Shown here: positions 32,191 through 43,223 of the stretch, one piece after another
Position numbering within the stretch: position 1 is the first letter of the stretch
Layout of the letters: every line of letters begins with the position of its first letter
Assembly: GCA_963845065.1 (NCBI GenBank)
Contig: CAWJQQ010000002.1
Location: 352,001 to 416,000, forward strand
Source: Nitrospirota bacterium
GTDB taxonomy: Bacteria; Nitrospirota; UBA9217
Direction: 5' to 3'
DNA: 64,000 bases
Made by a program: the position numbers and the translations under genes
The notes under the pieces: generated by a model
Databases searched by the model: none
What the model was told of the DNA's origin: nothing
What the model saw: the letters and a program-made list of their open reading frames with translations, nothing else

Positions 32191-33351
32191 ATGGTGCCTG
32201 TACTTCGGATTTCTGGCCACGATGTGTTCTCCATAACCGTGGAGGGGCTCACCTCCGTACAGGAGTCGGTCGTCCGTAACTCCATCTCCGCATCAGACAA
32301 CGGGGCAGGTCTTGTACTTGCCCCATTTTTTTCTTCTTCGCGGTCCCGTTCGAATTTGGTTCTAAGCGGAACCAGAGAACAGATCAAGCACCTCTCCCGC
32401 ATGATTTCTGTAAACAGTAGTTTTCCAGTGGAACTTTCAAAAAAAATCGACTCTCTGCTTGACAACTATTTGCGCTCAGATTATAAGATTGATTGCAGAG
32501 GCACGATGCTGGACATGGGCACCCGAACTCGCATTATGGGCATCCTGAACGTGACTCCTGATTCCTTTTCCGACGGAGGCCTGTTCGCTGATGTGGGGAA
32601 AGCCATCTCCTATGCACGGGATATGGCAACGGCGGGAGCGGACATCATTGATATAGGTGGGGAATCAACAAGGCCGGGATCGGAACCACTTGCTGAGGAA
32701 GAAGAACTGCGCAGAATCCTCCCGCTCATTGGGCGGTTATCAAAAGAACTGACCATCCCCATCTCCGTCGACACCTACAAAGCATCAGTAGCAAAAAAGG
32801 CGCTCGAGGCCGGCGCCTCGATCGTGAATGACATTAGCGGCCTCCGGTTCTCACCGGACATGGCGAAGGTGGTTGCCGAGTACGGAGCGGCCGTCATAAT
32901 CATGCACATCAAAGGCACACCGCGCAACATGCAGCAGAACCCGGTGTACGATGATGTGATCGGCGAAATCATGGCCTATCTAGAGGAAGGGATCGCGATT
33001 GCCGAGCAGGCCGGTGTTGACCGAGACAAGACGCTTATTGACCCCGGCATAGGATTCGGGAAGACGCTCGAGCACAACCTAGCGATCCTGAACCGGCTTG
33101 ATGAGTTCCGGGCCCTCGGCAGGCCGATCGTACTCGGGACGTCGAGGAAAAAATTTATCGGCACAGTCCTTGATATTCCGGTACCTGAGCACCGCGTCGA
33201 GGGGACCGCTGCAACTGTGGCTATCGGGATTGAGCGGGGCGCGAGCGTCGTGCGGGTTCATGACGTGGCACACGTGGCGCGGATAGTTCGGATGACCGAT
33301 GCTATAGTAAAACCAACATGTAAACCTCACAGAGCCGAAAAGACAGGTTGA
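32191..33351 (+). CDS. folP: Dihydropteroate synthase with ~110-aa N-terminal extension
   Basis: MGILNVTPDSFSDGG, IGGESTRPG, IDPGIGFGK, GTSRKKF, RVHDV. Confidence 0.93.
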   Translation: MVPVLRISGHDVFSITVEGLTSVQESVVRNSISASDNGAGLVLAPFFSSSRSRSNLVLSGTREQIKHLSRMISVNSSFPVELSKKIDSLLDNYLRSDYKIDCRGTMLDMGTRTRIMGILNVTPDSFSDGGLFADVGKAISYARDMATAGADIIDIGGESTRPGSEPLAEEEELRRILPLIGRLSKELTIPISVDTYKASVAKKALEAGASIVNDISGLRFSPDMAKVVAEYGAAVIIMHIKGTPRNMQQNPVYDDVIGEIMAYLEEGIAIAEQAGVDRDKTLIDPGIGFGKTLEHNLAILNRLDEFRALGRPIVLGTSRKKFIGTVLDIPVPEHRVEGTAATVAIGIERGASVVRVHDVAHVARIVRMTDAIVKPTCKPHRAEKTG

Positions 33352-33443
33352 CATGAAGAAATCAGCTAGAATTTTGAGATCGGGGAAATGAATGACCATA
33401 AGCTCGAGTTCTACTTTTTTTCTACGACGAACTCCATACATCC

Positions 33444-34262
33444 GTGGTAAAGAGCACGTTTCGTATTATGCCCAATAATTTCAATGATATACACGAAGCC
33501 CTTACGCACTTTCGCTGGTTTAACGATACGATAGACATCGCATTGGTCTACTATCTTTTTTACCGGCTGCTCCTTCTTATCAAAGGCACGCGTGCTTTCC
33601 AAATGCTCATCGGTATCGGGCTTATCGTGCTGGTACTCATTGCTTCCCAGACTTTCGAGTTCTATACCCTTGACTGGCTTATCCACAGTTTCTGGTCTCA
33701 GATCGTGCTTGCCATCGTGATCCTGTTCCAACCCGAGATCAGGAGGACCCTCGCCCGGGTCGGCGAACGTCACCTGTTCCGGTCACTATCGACAGTTGAA
33801 GGCTCCAAGTTCATTGAGGAAACAGTGAAAGCGGCCGTATCCATGGCGAACAAACGGATTGGAGCCCTCATTGTCCTCGAACGGGACACCGACCTCACAA
33901 CGATCGTAGAGATGGGTACCGAACTCGATGCTAAAGTCACCAAAGAGATCCTGGTGAGCATATTCCTCCCATATTCTCCGATCCACGACGGTGCTGCCAT
34001 CATCAGGAATGGAAGGATAATTGCTGCAGGTTGTTTCCTGCCCCTCACACTTTCATCGAACCTTTCAAAGGCGCTTGGTACACGCCACCGTGCCGCGGTC
34101 GGCCTCACGGAAGAAGCAGATGCCGTGGTGGTGGTCGTCTCCGAGGAAACCGGCGAAATTTCTGTGGTCAAGAACGGCGCGATCGAGCACAATGCAGATG
34201 CACCTGAACTAAGGACGACTTTATCCACTATTTTCATCCAGAGAAAGAATAGAAAGGCATAG
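33444..34262 (+). CDS. dacA: Diadenylate cyclase CdaA/DacA
   Basis: Three N-terminal TMs, FQPEIRR, HDGA and GTRHRAA catalytic motifs. Confidence 0.93.
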   Translation: MVKSTFRIMPNNFNDIHEALTHFRWFNDTIDIALVYYLFYRLLLLIKGTRAFQMLIGIGLIVLVLIASQTFEFYTLDWLIHSFWSQIVLAIVILFQPEIRRTLARVGERHLFRSLSTVEGSKFIEETVKAAVSMANKRIGALIVLERDTDLTTIVEMGTELDAKVTKEILVSIFLPYSPIHDGAAIIRNGRIIAAGCFLPLTLSSNLSKALGTRHRAAVGLTEEADAVVVVVSEETGEISVVKNGAIEHNADAPELRTTLSTIFIQRKNRKA

Positions 34263-34263
34263 C

Positions 34264-34920
34264 ATGGAGGTCCGGAAACTGCTGTTCGAAAACTGGGGCA
34301 TCAAGCTCCTCTCAATGGCGTTAGCAGTCTCGCTTTGGTTCTATGTTACTTCAAAAGGCAAAACCGAGATGACGCTCACCGTACCGCTCGAGCTTCGGAA
34401 CATTCCCCAGAATATGGCCGTAGTCGGAAACGTGGCTGGTTCCCTCGATGTGCGTGTGCAGGGCCAAGAAAATGTGCTCCGCGACATTACTGTCGGGAAA
34501 AAAGTATATGGCGTCCTCGACTTGTCCCTGACCAAAGTCGGCGAAAACGTCGTGCCTATTTCCCCCGACGAAATTCGTCGGCCTTCAGGCGTGACCGTCA
34601 TGCATATTTCACAATCAGAAGTCAAGGTGAAGTTGGAACCGCTCGTACGAAAAATCTTCCATCTCAGGCCCATTCTTCACGGCATTCCCGCTGCGGGCTA
34701 TCGTGTCAGAAAAATCGCAGTCACTCCTTCCCGCATAACGGTGGAAGGTCCGGAAAGTGTCATCGAGACGTTGGAAAGCCTCCAGACAATGCCAATCGAT
34801 GTCCAGGGGGCAAACGCGGGCTTGGCCATAGAACCCAAGATCGACTATCAGGGAAAATCGATCAAGATAATTGATACTAATATTTCTGTCCGGATAACAA
34901 TCGAAAGGATAAATAGATGA
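34264..34920 (+). CDS. CdaR/YbbR-domain protein
   Basis: N-terminal TM KLLS..LAVSLW, two YbbR-like repeats; between dacA and glmM. Confidence 0.85.
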   Translation: MEVRKLLFENWGIKLLSMALAVSLWFYVTSKGKTEMTLTVPLELRNIPQNMAVVGNVAGSLDVRVQGQENVLRDITVGKKVYGVLDLSLTKVGENVVPISPDEIRRPSGVTVMHISQSEVKVKLEPLVRKIFHLRPILHGIPAAGYRVRKIAVTPSRITVEGPESVIETLESLQTMPIDVQGANAGLAIEPKIDYQGKSIKIIDTNISVRITIERINR

Positions 34921-36266
34921 ATAAATTATTTGGAACCGACGGGGTCCGGGGAGTGGCGAACCAGGATCCAATGACCTCAGAGATGGCGCTCCGTATCGGC
35001 AGGGCCGCTGCCCACGTATTGCGCGATTCTGTACACAGGCACCGAATCGTTATCGGTAAAGACACGAGGCTTTCAGGCTATATGATCGAAAGCGCGCTAA
35101 CGTCTGGCCTCTGCTCCATGGGGATGGACGTGCTGCTCATAGGGCCGGTGCCCACGCCAGGGATTGCATTCCTGACCAGAAGTCTGCGGGCAGACGCGGG
35201 TGTAGTCATTTCTGCTTCACATAACCCCTATGAAGACAACGGAATCAAGTTCTTTGGCAGGGACGGATTCAAGCTGCCTGATGAAACGGAAAAGAAGATG
35301 GAGGACCTAATTTTTTCCGGTGAGGTAGACTCCATCAGGCCCACTGCCGCAGAAATCGGCAAGGCGTCCCGCATAGACGATGCAATCGGCAGGTACAATG
35401 AATTCGTTAAATCATCAATCCCCCGCGGAATGGACCTCACGGGACTGCGCATTGCCGTCGATTCGGCAAACGGTGCGGCATACAAGATCGGCCCGCGCAT
35501 CCTCCTAGAACTAGGAGCAGATGTTATTTCAGTGTACGACCAGCCAACCGGCATGAATATCAACCAAGGTTGCGGCTCGCTCTATCCTGAAGCTATCTCT
35601 CAGGCGGTCGTGGCCAATCATGCACATGTCGGGATAGCTTTTGATGGAGACGCAGACCGGGTTGTTTTTTGCGATGAACACGGCACTGTGATAGATGGCG
35701 ACACACTCATGGCAATATGCGCACTACGAATGATGAAGGACGGCAGGCTCAAACAGAACACGCTTGTTGCCACGGTCATGAGCAATCTCGGCCTTGAACT
35801 CGCAATGCAACGTTCGGGAGGTAAACTGGTGCGAACTGCAGTCGGCGACCGGTATGTTATGGAGAAAATGCTGTCGGGTGGATATAATCTTGGGGGTGAG
35901 CAATCGGGACACATCATCTTCCTAGACCACAATACGACAGGGGATGGCCTCATTTCTGCACTCCAGGTCCTCGCGATAATGAAACAGGTGAGCAAGCCCT
36001 TGTCCGAATTGGCGGCATGCATGAAGACCTATCCCCAAATCCTGGTAAATGTAAAGGTCAAACAGCGGCGGGATCTAGCATCGATTCCTGAAATTTCCAA
36101 GCATATGTCCGAGATCGAGAAGAAGCTTGACGGCACCGGACGCCTGCTCGTTCGCTACTCCGGTACAGAACCCAAGGTCCGTATCATGATTGAAGGAGAA
36201 GACCAGCATGAGATCAAGGTGCTTGCCGAGGACTTAGCCGGGATCATCAAGGAAAAGCTCGGATGA
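34917..36266 (+). CDS. glmM: Phosphoglucosamine mutase
   Basis: [36 protein letters not shown]. Confidence 0.96.
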   Translation: MNKLFGTDGVRGVANQDPMTSEMALRIGRAAAHVLRDSVHRHRIVIGKDTRLSGYMIESALTSGLCSMGMDVLLIGPVPTPGIAFLTRSLRADAGVVISASHNPYEDNGIKFFGRDGFKLPDETEKKMEDLIFSGEVDSIRPTAAEIGKASRIDDAIGRYNEFVKSSIPRGMDLTGLRIAVDSANGAAYKIGPRILLELGADVISVYDQPTGMNINQGCGSLYPEAISQAVVANHAHVGIAFDGDADRVVFCDEHGTVIDGDTLMAICALRMMKDGRLKQNTLVATVMSNLGLELAMQRSGGKLVRTAVGDRYVMEKMLSGGYNLGGEQSGHIIFLDHNTTGDGLISALQVLAIMKQVSKPLSELAACMKTYPQILVNVKVKQRRDLASIPEISKHMSEIEKKLDGTGRLLVRYSGTEPKVRIMIEGEDQHEIKVLAEDLAGIIKEKLG

Positions 36267-36477
36267 AAATTCGATAGAGGTTTTTGAAATCAGATAAGCC
36301 GTCTCTCTGCCATTATCTTAATCATGAATGTGCTATCATCATCACTTGGATAATACCCTCGCGCGATACATAAGAATATGGAATCAGATCTTCCGGATGA
36401 ACTCTGACGGTGCATTCATCATACTCAATCTATCAGCCAGGCTCGAAGCCGAATCGTAGCGCGATGACCAAGGAGAA

Positions 36478-36602
36478 GTGAATTACACACAGGCTAAAGC
36501 CTGCGGTTTCCGGTCAAGCAAAGGCAATTCAGCCTCCGCTTCGGTCCGGGGAGCCTTCATCCCCAGTTTTAAAAACTGGGATTTTCTGTTAAGGGTGAGA
36601 AA
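36478..36602 (-). mobile_element. ~125-bp IS200/IS605 mini-element (PATE/MITE-like)
   Basis: GTGAAttacacaCAGGCtaaaGCCTGcggtttcc ... ttcatcCCCAGTTTtaaAAACTGGGattttctg. Confidence 0.7.
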
Positions 36603-36659
36603 CTTTAGTGATCTGATGACATGGAGAAAACTGACAGGGAAACTCAAAGAGGCCTGAAA

Positions 36660-37568
36660 TCAGGACAGGGGGGACTTGATGGGGTAGACCTTCAGAAAAC
36701 TCAGAAACTCCTTGGCAGTATGGGTGCAGTAATTGCGCTTCGGCGAAATAATGCTGAAATTTCTATGGAACTTGACATCCTTAAAGGTCAGTGCCTTGAG
36801 CGTGCCGTGCTTGAGTGCTGAACGGGCTGCCCAAGCTGAAACGATCGAAACACCCATCCCCTCCTCCACTGCTCCCTTGATCGCTTCGATACCGCCAAGC
36901 ACAAGCGCGATCTTGAGGTGATCCCGCTTGATGCCGTGGTCTTCAAGGTGTTTCAAGATGATCTGGCGCGTGCCTGACCCCTCTTCACGGAGAATGAGCG
37001 GTTCTTTGATGAGGTCCATTCCGGGTATATTGCGACGCTCAGCCCAAGGGTGGACTGGCGACACGATTACGACCAATTCATCGGACAGTAGGATGTCGAC
37101 GGAAAAGCGCTGTTTGCTCACGTCGCCCTCCACCAGGGCCATGTCGATCTCGCCTGCATTCAATTTATCGGTTATGACTTTTGTATTGTTTATGATCAGT
37201 GAAATATTTACCTGGGGAACCTTTTTCTTGAAGGCGGCGATGATCGACGGGAGAAGGTAGTTGCCGATCGTCATGCTGGCACCAACGGAGAGAGAGCCTT
37301 TGATGGCGCCGGTGATCTCACTAATGTTTTTCTGCGCCTCAGCGTAAAGGCCGAGTATTTCTTTCGCCCGCTTGTACAGGATTTCGCCGGCGGGTGTCAG
37401 GTTAATGGTGTTCCCCGATCGGTCGAACAGCCTCGTCTCATATAGCTCCTCCATGGCTTGTATCTGAAGACTCACTGCCGGCTGAGTCAAGTGAATCAAC
37501 TCTGACGCCTTGGAAAAACTCTTTGTTTCTGCGACAGCGCAGAATACTCTCAGTTTATGGTCTTCCAT
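36660..37568 (-). CDS. LysR-family regulator, CysL-like / selenium-metabolism-associated type
   Basis: SFSKAS..LTQPAVS HTH; GASMTIGNYLLP, LVEG, REEGSGTR, AIKGAVEEGMG. Confidence 0.88.
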   Translation of the reverse strand: MEDHKLRVFCAVAETKSFSKASELIHLTQPAVSLQIQAMEELYETRLFDRSGNTINLTPAGEILYKRAKEILGLYAEAQKNISEITGAIKGSLSVGASMTIGNYLLPSIIAAFKKKVPQVNISLIINNTKVITDKLNAGEIDMALVEGDVSKQRFSVDILLSDELVVIVSPVHPWAERRNIPGMDLIKEPLILREEGSGTRQIILKHLEDHGIKRDHLKIALVLGGIEAIKGAVEEGMGVSIVSAWAARSALKHGTLKALTFKDVKFHRNFSIISPKRNYCTHTAKEFLSFLKVYPIKSPLS

Positions 37569-37904
37569 AGTTTAATAAGATTGTTAGAACTATTTATGTA
37601 TTCCGGTGATGAGTTACTATGAGAACAGCCCGCATGTGGGACTTCGTTTCTTATTTATATATCAAACCTCTTGCGAAGTCAAGGAGTTTATGAAACCTAA
37701 GAACAGCAAATCATGCTGCGCCAGTAAGAAAAACAGCTTTTTTTAACGGTATCGCCTCTTACGCGACCATACTGAGGTTCGCGTCACCAACACTCGCAGC
37801 TTATGACATCCTTCGCCATCTCTTCATCTGATTTGAGACAAACCTCTACCGCTGTGTTCCGGAGCACTTCTCTCAGATTTGCTCAACATCTTCAATCCAC
37901 TGCC

Positions 37905-38117
37905 GTACTCTCTTCGAAACATTTTATGCTTATGCCTTGTACCAGAACAAGCAAGTCCGCTTCAACAACCAACTTCAGGACAACCTGACCGGCGTGCCGC
38001 ACTCCGACCAGGAATCTGAATGAGTTTCCACCGAAAAGTGACAAACGTATGACACTCCCATGATTCTAGGCAGGCAAGACGCCGAAAACCCAGGAACAGG
38101 TTGTACGTGATCACTCC
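37905..38117 (-). pseudogene. IS1380-family transposase C-terminal remnant
   Basis: GVITYNLFLGFRRLAC..TFRWKLIQIPGR / frameshift / VRHAGQVVLKL. Confidence 0.65.
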
Positions 38118-38314
38118 GCCGGCTCTTAGAGCGGCCTACAAGGTGCTTTATTGCTCAGAAAATATTCCAACCGCTGTTTTGAGGTGGAAAGCCATGTCAT
38201 TACATTTGGCCATGACATATTGTAAAGAGCTATTAATGCAAATATCGCTTGACATTTTTCCCTGGATGGTTAAAATGCACGGGTTTTCCTTATATCATTG
38301 GAGGTGAAGTTACC

Positions 38315-38488
38315 ATGGCAGAAATGAGCAAGACCGCAAAAGCAGCCACGAAGAAGTCTGTTGTCAATGTTAACGTGCCACAGTGCTGCGGCAAACCCAT
38401 GCAGGCGGCAAAGATGATGACCACGTCAGGGAAGGTCCGCGGCATGATGTGGTTGTGTGACAAATGCTGGAAAGAAAAGGTGATTTAG
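38315..38488 (+). CDS. Small basic CCGKPM..CxxC protein (57 aa)
   Basis: TTGACA-16-TAAAAT promoter (38249-38276), GGAGGTG RBS and its own terminator. Confidence 0.75.
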   Translation: MAEMSKTAKAATKKSVVNVNVPQCCGKPMQAAKMMTTSGKVRGMMWLCDKCWKEKVI

Positions 38489-38514
38489 ACCTTTGTCGAA
38501 TTTGAGGTTTGAAC

Positions 38515-38547
38515 AAGGCGGTGAGAATATCACCGCCTTTTGTTTTT
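38515..38547 (+). terminator. Intrinsic terminator
   Basis: AAGGCGGTGA-gaata-TCACCGCCTT followed by a T-rich tract. Confidence 0.8.
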
Positions 38548-39066
38548 TGCACGAACTGACTACATTCGGTTTGATCCGCTGATAAAGACAAGCATAGTAA
38601 GGCCACGATTCAGTCAAGACTCATACCTCCGGCCTTTAGCAAAATGCTTGCAGTTGCAGAAAAGAGAAAATTCTAGTACTGCGCAACTTTTTGAGTTATT
38701 CCTGCCTAGTGCAGTGTAAGGACAACTCTCGTGCAATTCCTCTCCAAAATCGGTCCGGCATATGATTCAGCTTTGTACGAGCGTAGTATCCACTCAATCG
38801 CGGCGAGCAATTCACTTCGTTCTTCCTTTCTCAAGCTTTATGTCCTCGTCACAGCCTAACCAGCTAAACAGATGAAATCATCCCTACCCCGAAGAGATGG
38901 GCCTGAGCCTAAGCCGGAGTTTGAAAAACCTTGAGAACAACCATTGTACTGTGCTTTCAAAATATGAAGCGTGTAAAGTTAGTCTGTATTCTTTCGCTAA
39001 TCAAACATTGTGGTAATCATAACAGCATAGTGAACTTTGTAAACCTACAACGAAATCCTTGCATAT

Positions 39067-39138
39067 CTGATTGCTTCGCAATCAGCACCATATATCCCCG
39101 ACCTGAAAGCCAGGGTTTTACCGCACGAAAGGATGAAA
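39067..39138 (-). repeat. IS200/IS605 left-end relic with adjacent GAA-triloop hairpin
   Basis: tatatCCCcgacctgaaagccaGGGttttaccgcacgaaaggatgaaa preceded by CTGATTGC-ttc-GCAATCAG. Confidence 0.55.
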
Positions 39139-39283
39139 TTCACCTCTAGAGAAGGCAGAGTTCCTTGTTGCAAATACATTTTTTTTGTGATATTTTATGT
39201 TCGCCTAAAAAAATAGTGATGGCAGCCGGTTTCCCGATTCATGTATCCATTTATCCTGTCGCGAAGGAGCGTCACTGAAACCC

Positions 39284-39910
39284 ATGGCCCTTTTCCCGAA
39301 GAAAATAGACTTTTTCCAAATGTTTGACCGCGCCCTCGAAAATCTGACGCACGCAGCAGACATGCTCGTCGACTCGTTTACTAACTTCGAAAGTTTTGAA
39401 AAATTCGAAAAAAAGGCAAAAACGATCTACGAATTCGAGCAGGAAGGGGACATGCTCACGCATGACATCATGAAGGAACTGAACAAAACGTTTCTCACGC
39501 CCATTGACCGTGAGGACATCCACGCCTTAGCGTCCCGGATTGACGACGTGCTCGACCTGATTTGGGCCGCTGTTGACAGAATGGTCGTATACCGGATCGA
39601 CAAGCCAACTGCCGAAATAATTTCCATAGCCGAGGATCTGCAGATGACCGCAGACGTTCTTAAAAAATCGCTCCGCGAGCTTCGTGCGAAACAGTATTCA
39701 CATGTGCAGGAACACTGCATCGAAGTCAACCGGCTTGAGAACCGGATCGACCGAAAGTACCGCGACGCACTCGGCAAGCTCGTTAACAGCCAGCATGATC
39801 CCGTGCATATCATCAAATGGAAAGATATCTACCAGCTCCTCGAAGATGCGTCAGACCGGGCCGAAGATGTCGCCAATATTCTCGAAACCATAGTCCTGAA
39901 ACATGCATGA
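39284..39910 (+). CDS. DUF47 phosphate-transport regulator (PhoU-like)
   Basis: LNKTFLTPIDREDI..DDVLD; overlaps the pit start. Confidence 0.9.
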   Translation: MALFPKKIDFFQMFDRALENLTHAADMLVDSFTNFESFEKFEKKAKTIYEFEQEGDMLTHDIMKELNKTFLTPIDREDIHALASRIDDVLDLIWAAVDRMVVYRIDKPTAEIISIAEDLQMTADVLKKSLRELRAKQYSHVQEHCIEVNRLENRIDRKYRDALGKLVNSQHDPVHIIKWKDIYQLLEDASDRAEDVANILETIVLKHA

Positions 39911-40886
39911 AATCCTGATCCTTATTATCATTCTCGCGGTATTTTTCGACATCGCGAACGGATGGCATGACTGCGCTAACGCGATTGCCACAGTTGTGTC
40001 GACCAAGGTACTCTCACCCATGATGGCCGTAACCCTCGCTGCAGGGATGAATCTCCTCGGTGCGTTCATCTCGACTGCCGTGGCAAAAACCATCGGCACT
40101 GGCATCGTCGATCCACTAGCGGTAACGGATATGGTGATCATTTCCGCGCTGCTGTCAGCCATACTCTGGAATATCGTGACCATCCTTATGGGGCTGCCCG
40201 TCAGTTCTTCCCACGCGCTCTTTGGAGGTATTGCGGGAGCTGCCATGGCGCACGGCGGTGTCCGGATACTGAACGCTTCCGGCACCATCAAGATTCTTAC
40301 ATCACTTTTGATTTCTCCGATTTTGGGCATCATCTTCGGTTATCTCTTCATGAAGATGATTCTCTCCCTATTTGGTCAGCTCTCGCCCGGTGCTATCAGC
40401 AAGTATTTTGGCAGGCTCCAGATCATTTCATCGTCTTTTATGGCTTTTGCCCACGGCTCGAACGATGCGCAGAAAGCGATGGGTATTATTACCATGGCAC
40501 TGGTAAGCGGAGGCGTGCTCAAGACCGTCGATGTGCCGAAGTGGGTCATTCTGATTTGTGCCTTGGCCATGGGCTTCGGCACGCTTATTGGAGGGTGGAA
40601 AATCATCAAAACCATCGGCGTAAAAATGTTAAAACTCGAACCGATTCACGGATTCGCAGCGGAAACGTCCTCATCGGTCATTATCATTGCAGCAAGCCAT
40701 GTCGGTATGCCAGTAAGCACCACTCATGTTGTGTCCGCGGCCATCCTCGGGGTGGGTGCCACAAAACGTCTCTCTGCAGTCCGCTGGGGTATTGCCGGTA
40801 AAATAGTTATGGCCTGGGTGCTTACGCTACCGGTCTGTATCGCCATAGCCTGGTGTATCCAGACGATTCTCTCCTCATATCTTTAG
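39903..40886 (+). CDS. pit: Inorganic phosphate transporter, PiT family
   Basis: NGWHDCANAIAT, GLPVSSSHA, HGSNDAQK, GMPVSTTH. Confidence 0.93.
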   Translation: MHEILILIIILAVFFDIANGWHDCANAIATVVSTKVLSPMMAVTLAAGMNLLGAFISTAVAKTIGTGIVDPLAVTDMVIISALLSAILWNIVTILMGLPVSSSHALFGGIAGAAMAHGGVRILNASGTIKILTSLLISPILGIIFGYLFMKMILSLFGQLSPGAISKYFGRLQIISSSFMAFAHGSNDAQKAMGIITMALVSGGVLKTVDVPKWVILICALAMGFGTLIGGWKIIKTIGVKMLKLEPIHGFAAETSSSVIIIAASHVGMPVSTTHVVSAAILGVGATKRLSAVRWGIAGKIVMAWVLTLPVCIAIAWCIQTILSSYL

Positions 40887-41338
40887 GATAGCAGTTCCTG
40901 CTTCCCTATTCTCTTCTTATTTGTTGTGAACCAATTGCTGATTACAAAACAATGCTATACGTCCGGAAACCAACGGCCGTTATTGACGTGAGGATGCGTT
41001 CTGAACCATACGTTGCATACCTAACATATAGTTGCGTAATGATATCACATAGGATTATTTTTATGCGCGGAAATCGAATGCTAGTCTATGCGTTCAATCC
41101 ATTGAATCTGGCGGACATTAAGCAACATTCTTGCTTTTCAATGTCAACGGGAAGACGGGTATTTAAAGTGTAAGCAGGTTTGGGATTATCATTGTAACAG
41201 ATAGCGGAGCTGAGCCGTTGCCCTAAAGCGTTCATTCGATATTCTAAGGAGAGCGATGAACAAGTCCATCTGTAAATGTTCATCAGTAGAATATTTCTTT
41301 AAAAGAATTGCTAGGTTGAATTAACCCTGCACAAACAT

Positions 41339-41974
41339 TCACAAAGACTTGATCGTCATTCTTGATATTTTTCTGATATCCACTCCTCGGTACCTACCTG
41401 CCTTAAGCATCTCGATGAAATTGGAAGCTGTCACGGTATCTCCGAATTCCGTGTAGCAAGAACCCACCTCGGAGGGCGCGTGTGCATCGGAACCCCCCGT
41501 ATACGGGAGCTTCAACATCACTGCGGCCTCAATGGCCCTCTCGTTAAAAGTATGCATATTACATCCGTTATATCCTTCAAGAGCACAAATATCACTCACG
41601 CTCCTCACCAGATCTCCCAGACTATTTACCGTACGATAGGGATGGGAGGGGATTACTACGCCGCCCGCAGTCTGGACGTAAGAGATTACTTCTTTTATTG
41701 GCACATATTTCTTTGACATCATATCTGTGTCCACACCGAAAATAAGGCAATGGCCTTCGCTTGCGGAAAATTCCACTCCTCGGAGAATCAATATCCTGTC
41801 TCCATACTTTTCTTTCAGGATCTCGGCATGCTCCGATGCGGCATACGAGTAGTGCTCAGTAAAGGCTATGCCGTGCAAACCTCGATCGATAGCATGAAGT
41901 ACAGTTTCCTCAGGGTCGGCATCATTATCGCCGCTGTTTATTGTGTGAACGTGCAGATCGATTTTGAATTTCAT
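41339..41974 (-). CDS. PHP-domain phosphoesterase
   Basis: DLHVHT, FTEH, GVE, SHPY, GGSDAH. Confidence 0.9.
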   Translation of the reverse strand: MKFKIDLHVHTINSGDNDADPEETVLHAIDRGLHGIAFTEHYSYAASEHAEILKEKYGDRILILRGVEFSASEGHCLIFGVDTDMMSKKYVPIKEVISYVQTAGGVVIPSHPYRTVNSLGDLVRSVSDICALEGYNGCNMHTFNERAIEAAVMLKLPYTGGSDAHAPSEVGSCYTEFGDTVTASNFIEMLKAGRYRGVDIRKISRMTIKSL

Positions 41975-42853
41975 AATTATAATATGCTCAAGGCAGACAA
42001 TCACAGAAAAGTTAAAAATCTATATTTTATGGACGTAAATAGTTGATCATCCGTGTCTGACCCTTTCTTTCCTCCATACCGTTTAACCGCAGGCGAAGGC
42101 AAGTAAACCTTCCTTAGCCATAGCAATAGCTTTCCTCCCTACTCTTTCCGGAAGCATAAGCCGTTGATTACCAAGGCGTCGTTCGAATAGCGCCTTCCGT
42201 TCTGGTGATATTGTGCCCAGTGCCTTCAATCAAAAAATAGAGGAATGCCCCATTGCCAGGTGGCGTTAGTCAGGATTGTTTCATAATCCCGCTATTTGAT
42301 AACGAGTACCTTTACCCAAAAGAGGAGCCTCAGGGAGAAGGGAGAAATGATCAAAACCACAATCCTCCGAAAATTTGTTCCAAGACGTGTGCCCGCTGGG
42401 TCAGGTTTGTAATTGATACCGACAAGTAAAACTTCGTATTCTTGTGTACGAATTCGACTACGATCTTGGACATTTGCATTTTACAGTCTGCTTGAAAAAA
42501 ATCGGCTATCCCCCCTTGCCACTCTCCTGTTTTTAATGCCGAAGGAAAAGGGGGCTTTCCCCTTTTTTGCCATTATACTATTATTTGCATCACTAGAAAA
42601 TAGATTTTGGCAAAACAGCATACAGTGGCTCTTTTTTACAAGCCACAAGGTATCCTGTAGTACTCCACGCGACTATTAATATAAGAATAACTTATAATTT
42701 TGCGTAATTTATTTCATATTTCGTACTACGGAACACCTATTTCGAAGCAAAATGGTCCGTCCCCTTGAATACTCCGTAAAGTTCATGACTAGCTATACAA
42801 TTTCACCGTACCAGTAAAGCTGGCATTTGCGTTTGCGCTTGAAGCAGCGGGTG

Positions 42854-43067
42854 CCGCTGTCCGCTCAAGCAGCCTTACGCGTGGCTTCCAAAGTCGCCGA
42901 TTCGTACAAGCTGGATAGAAAAACGGACCTTTGATTACACCGGATCGATCGCTTACGATGACCGAATGCTCTCCTGGGATTTAAAGGCCTTTTCCGTTTC
43001 CATCTGGACGACCTAGGGCCGCCTTCGCAACCCGTACGTCTCTGGTGCATGCCAAAAAGAGCTGTTG
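42854..43067 (+). pseudogene. tnpB: tnpB (IS200/IS605) fragment
   Basis: PLSAQAALRVASKVADSYKLDRK / frameshift / RTFDYTGSIAYDDRMLSW..VSIWTT*GRL resembles a TnpB N-terminal half. Confidence 0.65.
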
Positions 43068-43223
43068 ACTCACCGAATGAAAATGCAATCGTTGCTGGCG
43101 CTATACGAACAAAAGAAATGCGTTAAACCTGTTATTCCTAAGCTTGGCAGAGAGCGTAATTGTCGAAACCTTAAAGGCCTTTACCCACCTGGAACACTTT
43201 ACTCGTTCCCGTGATCCGTAAAA

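Noticed and set aside
38620..38930. c-di-GMP-I or Moco riboswitch-like fragments (cctccggcct, gagcctaag)
   Set aside because: The required conserved cores and stems could not be assembled.
42060..42480. Short minus-strand ORFs of about 40 aa
   Set aside because: No motifs or convincing translation signals.
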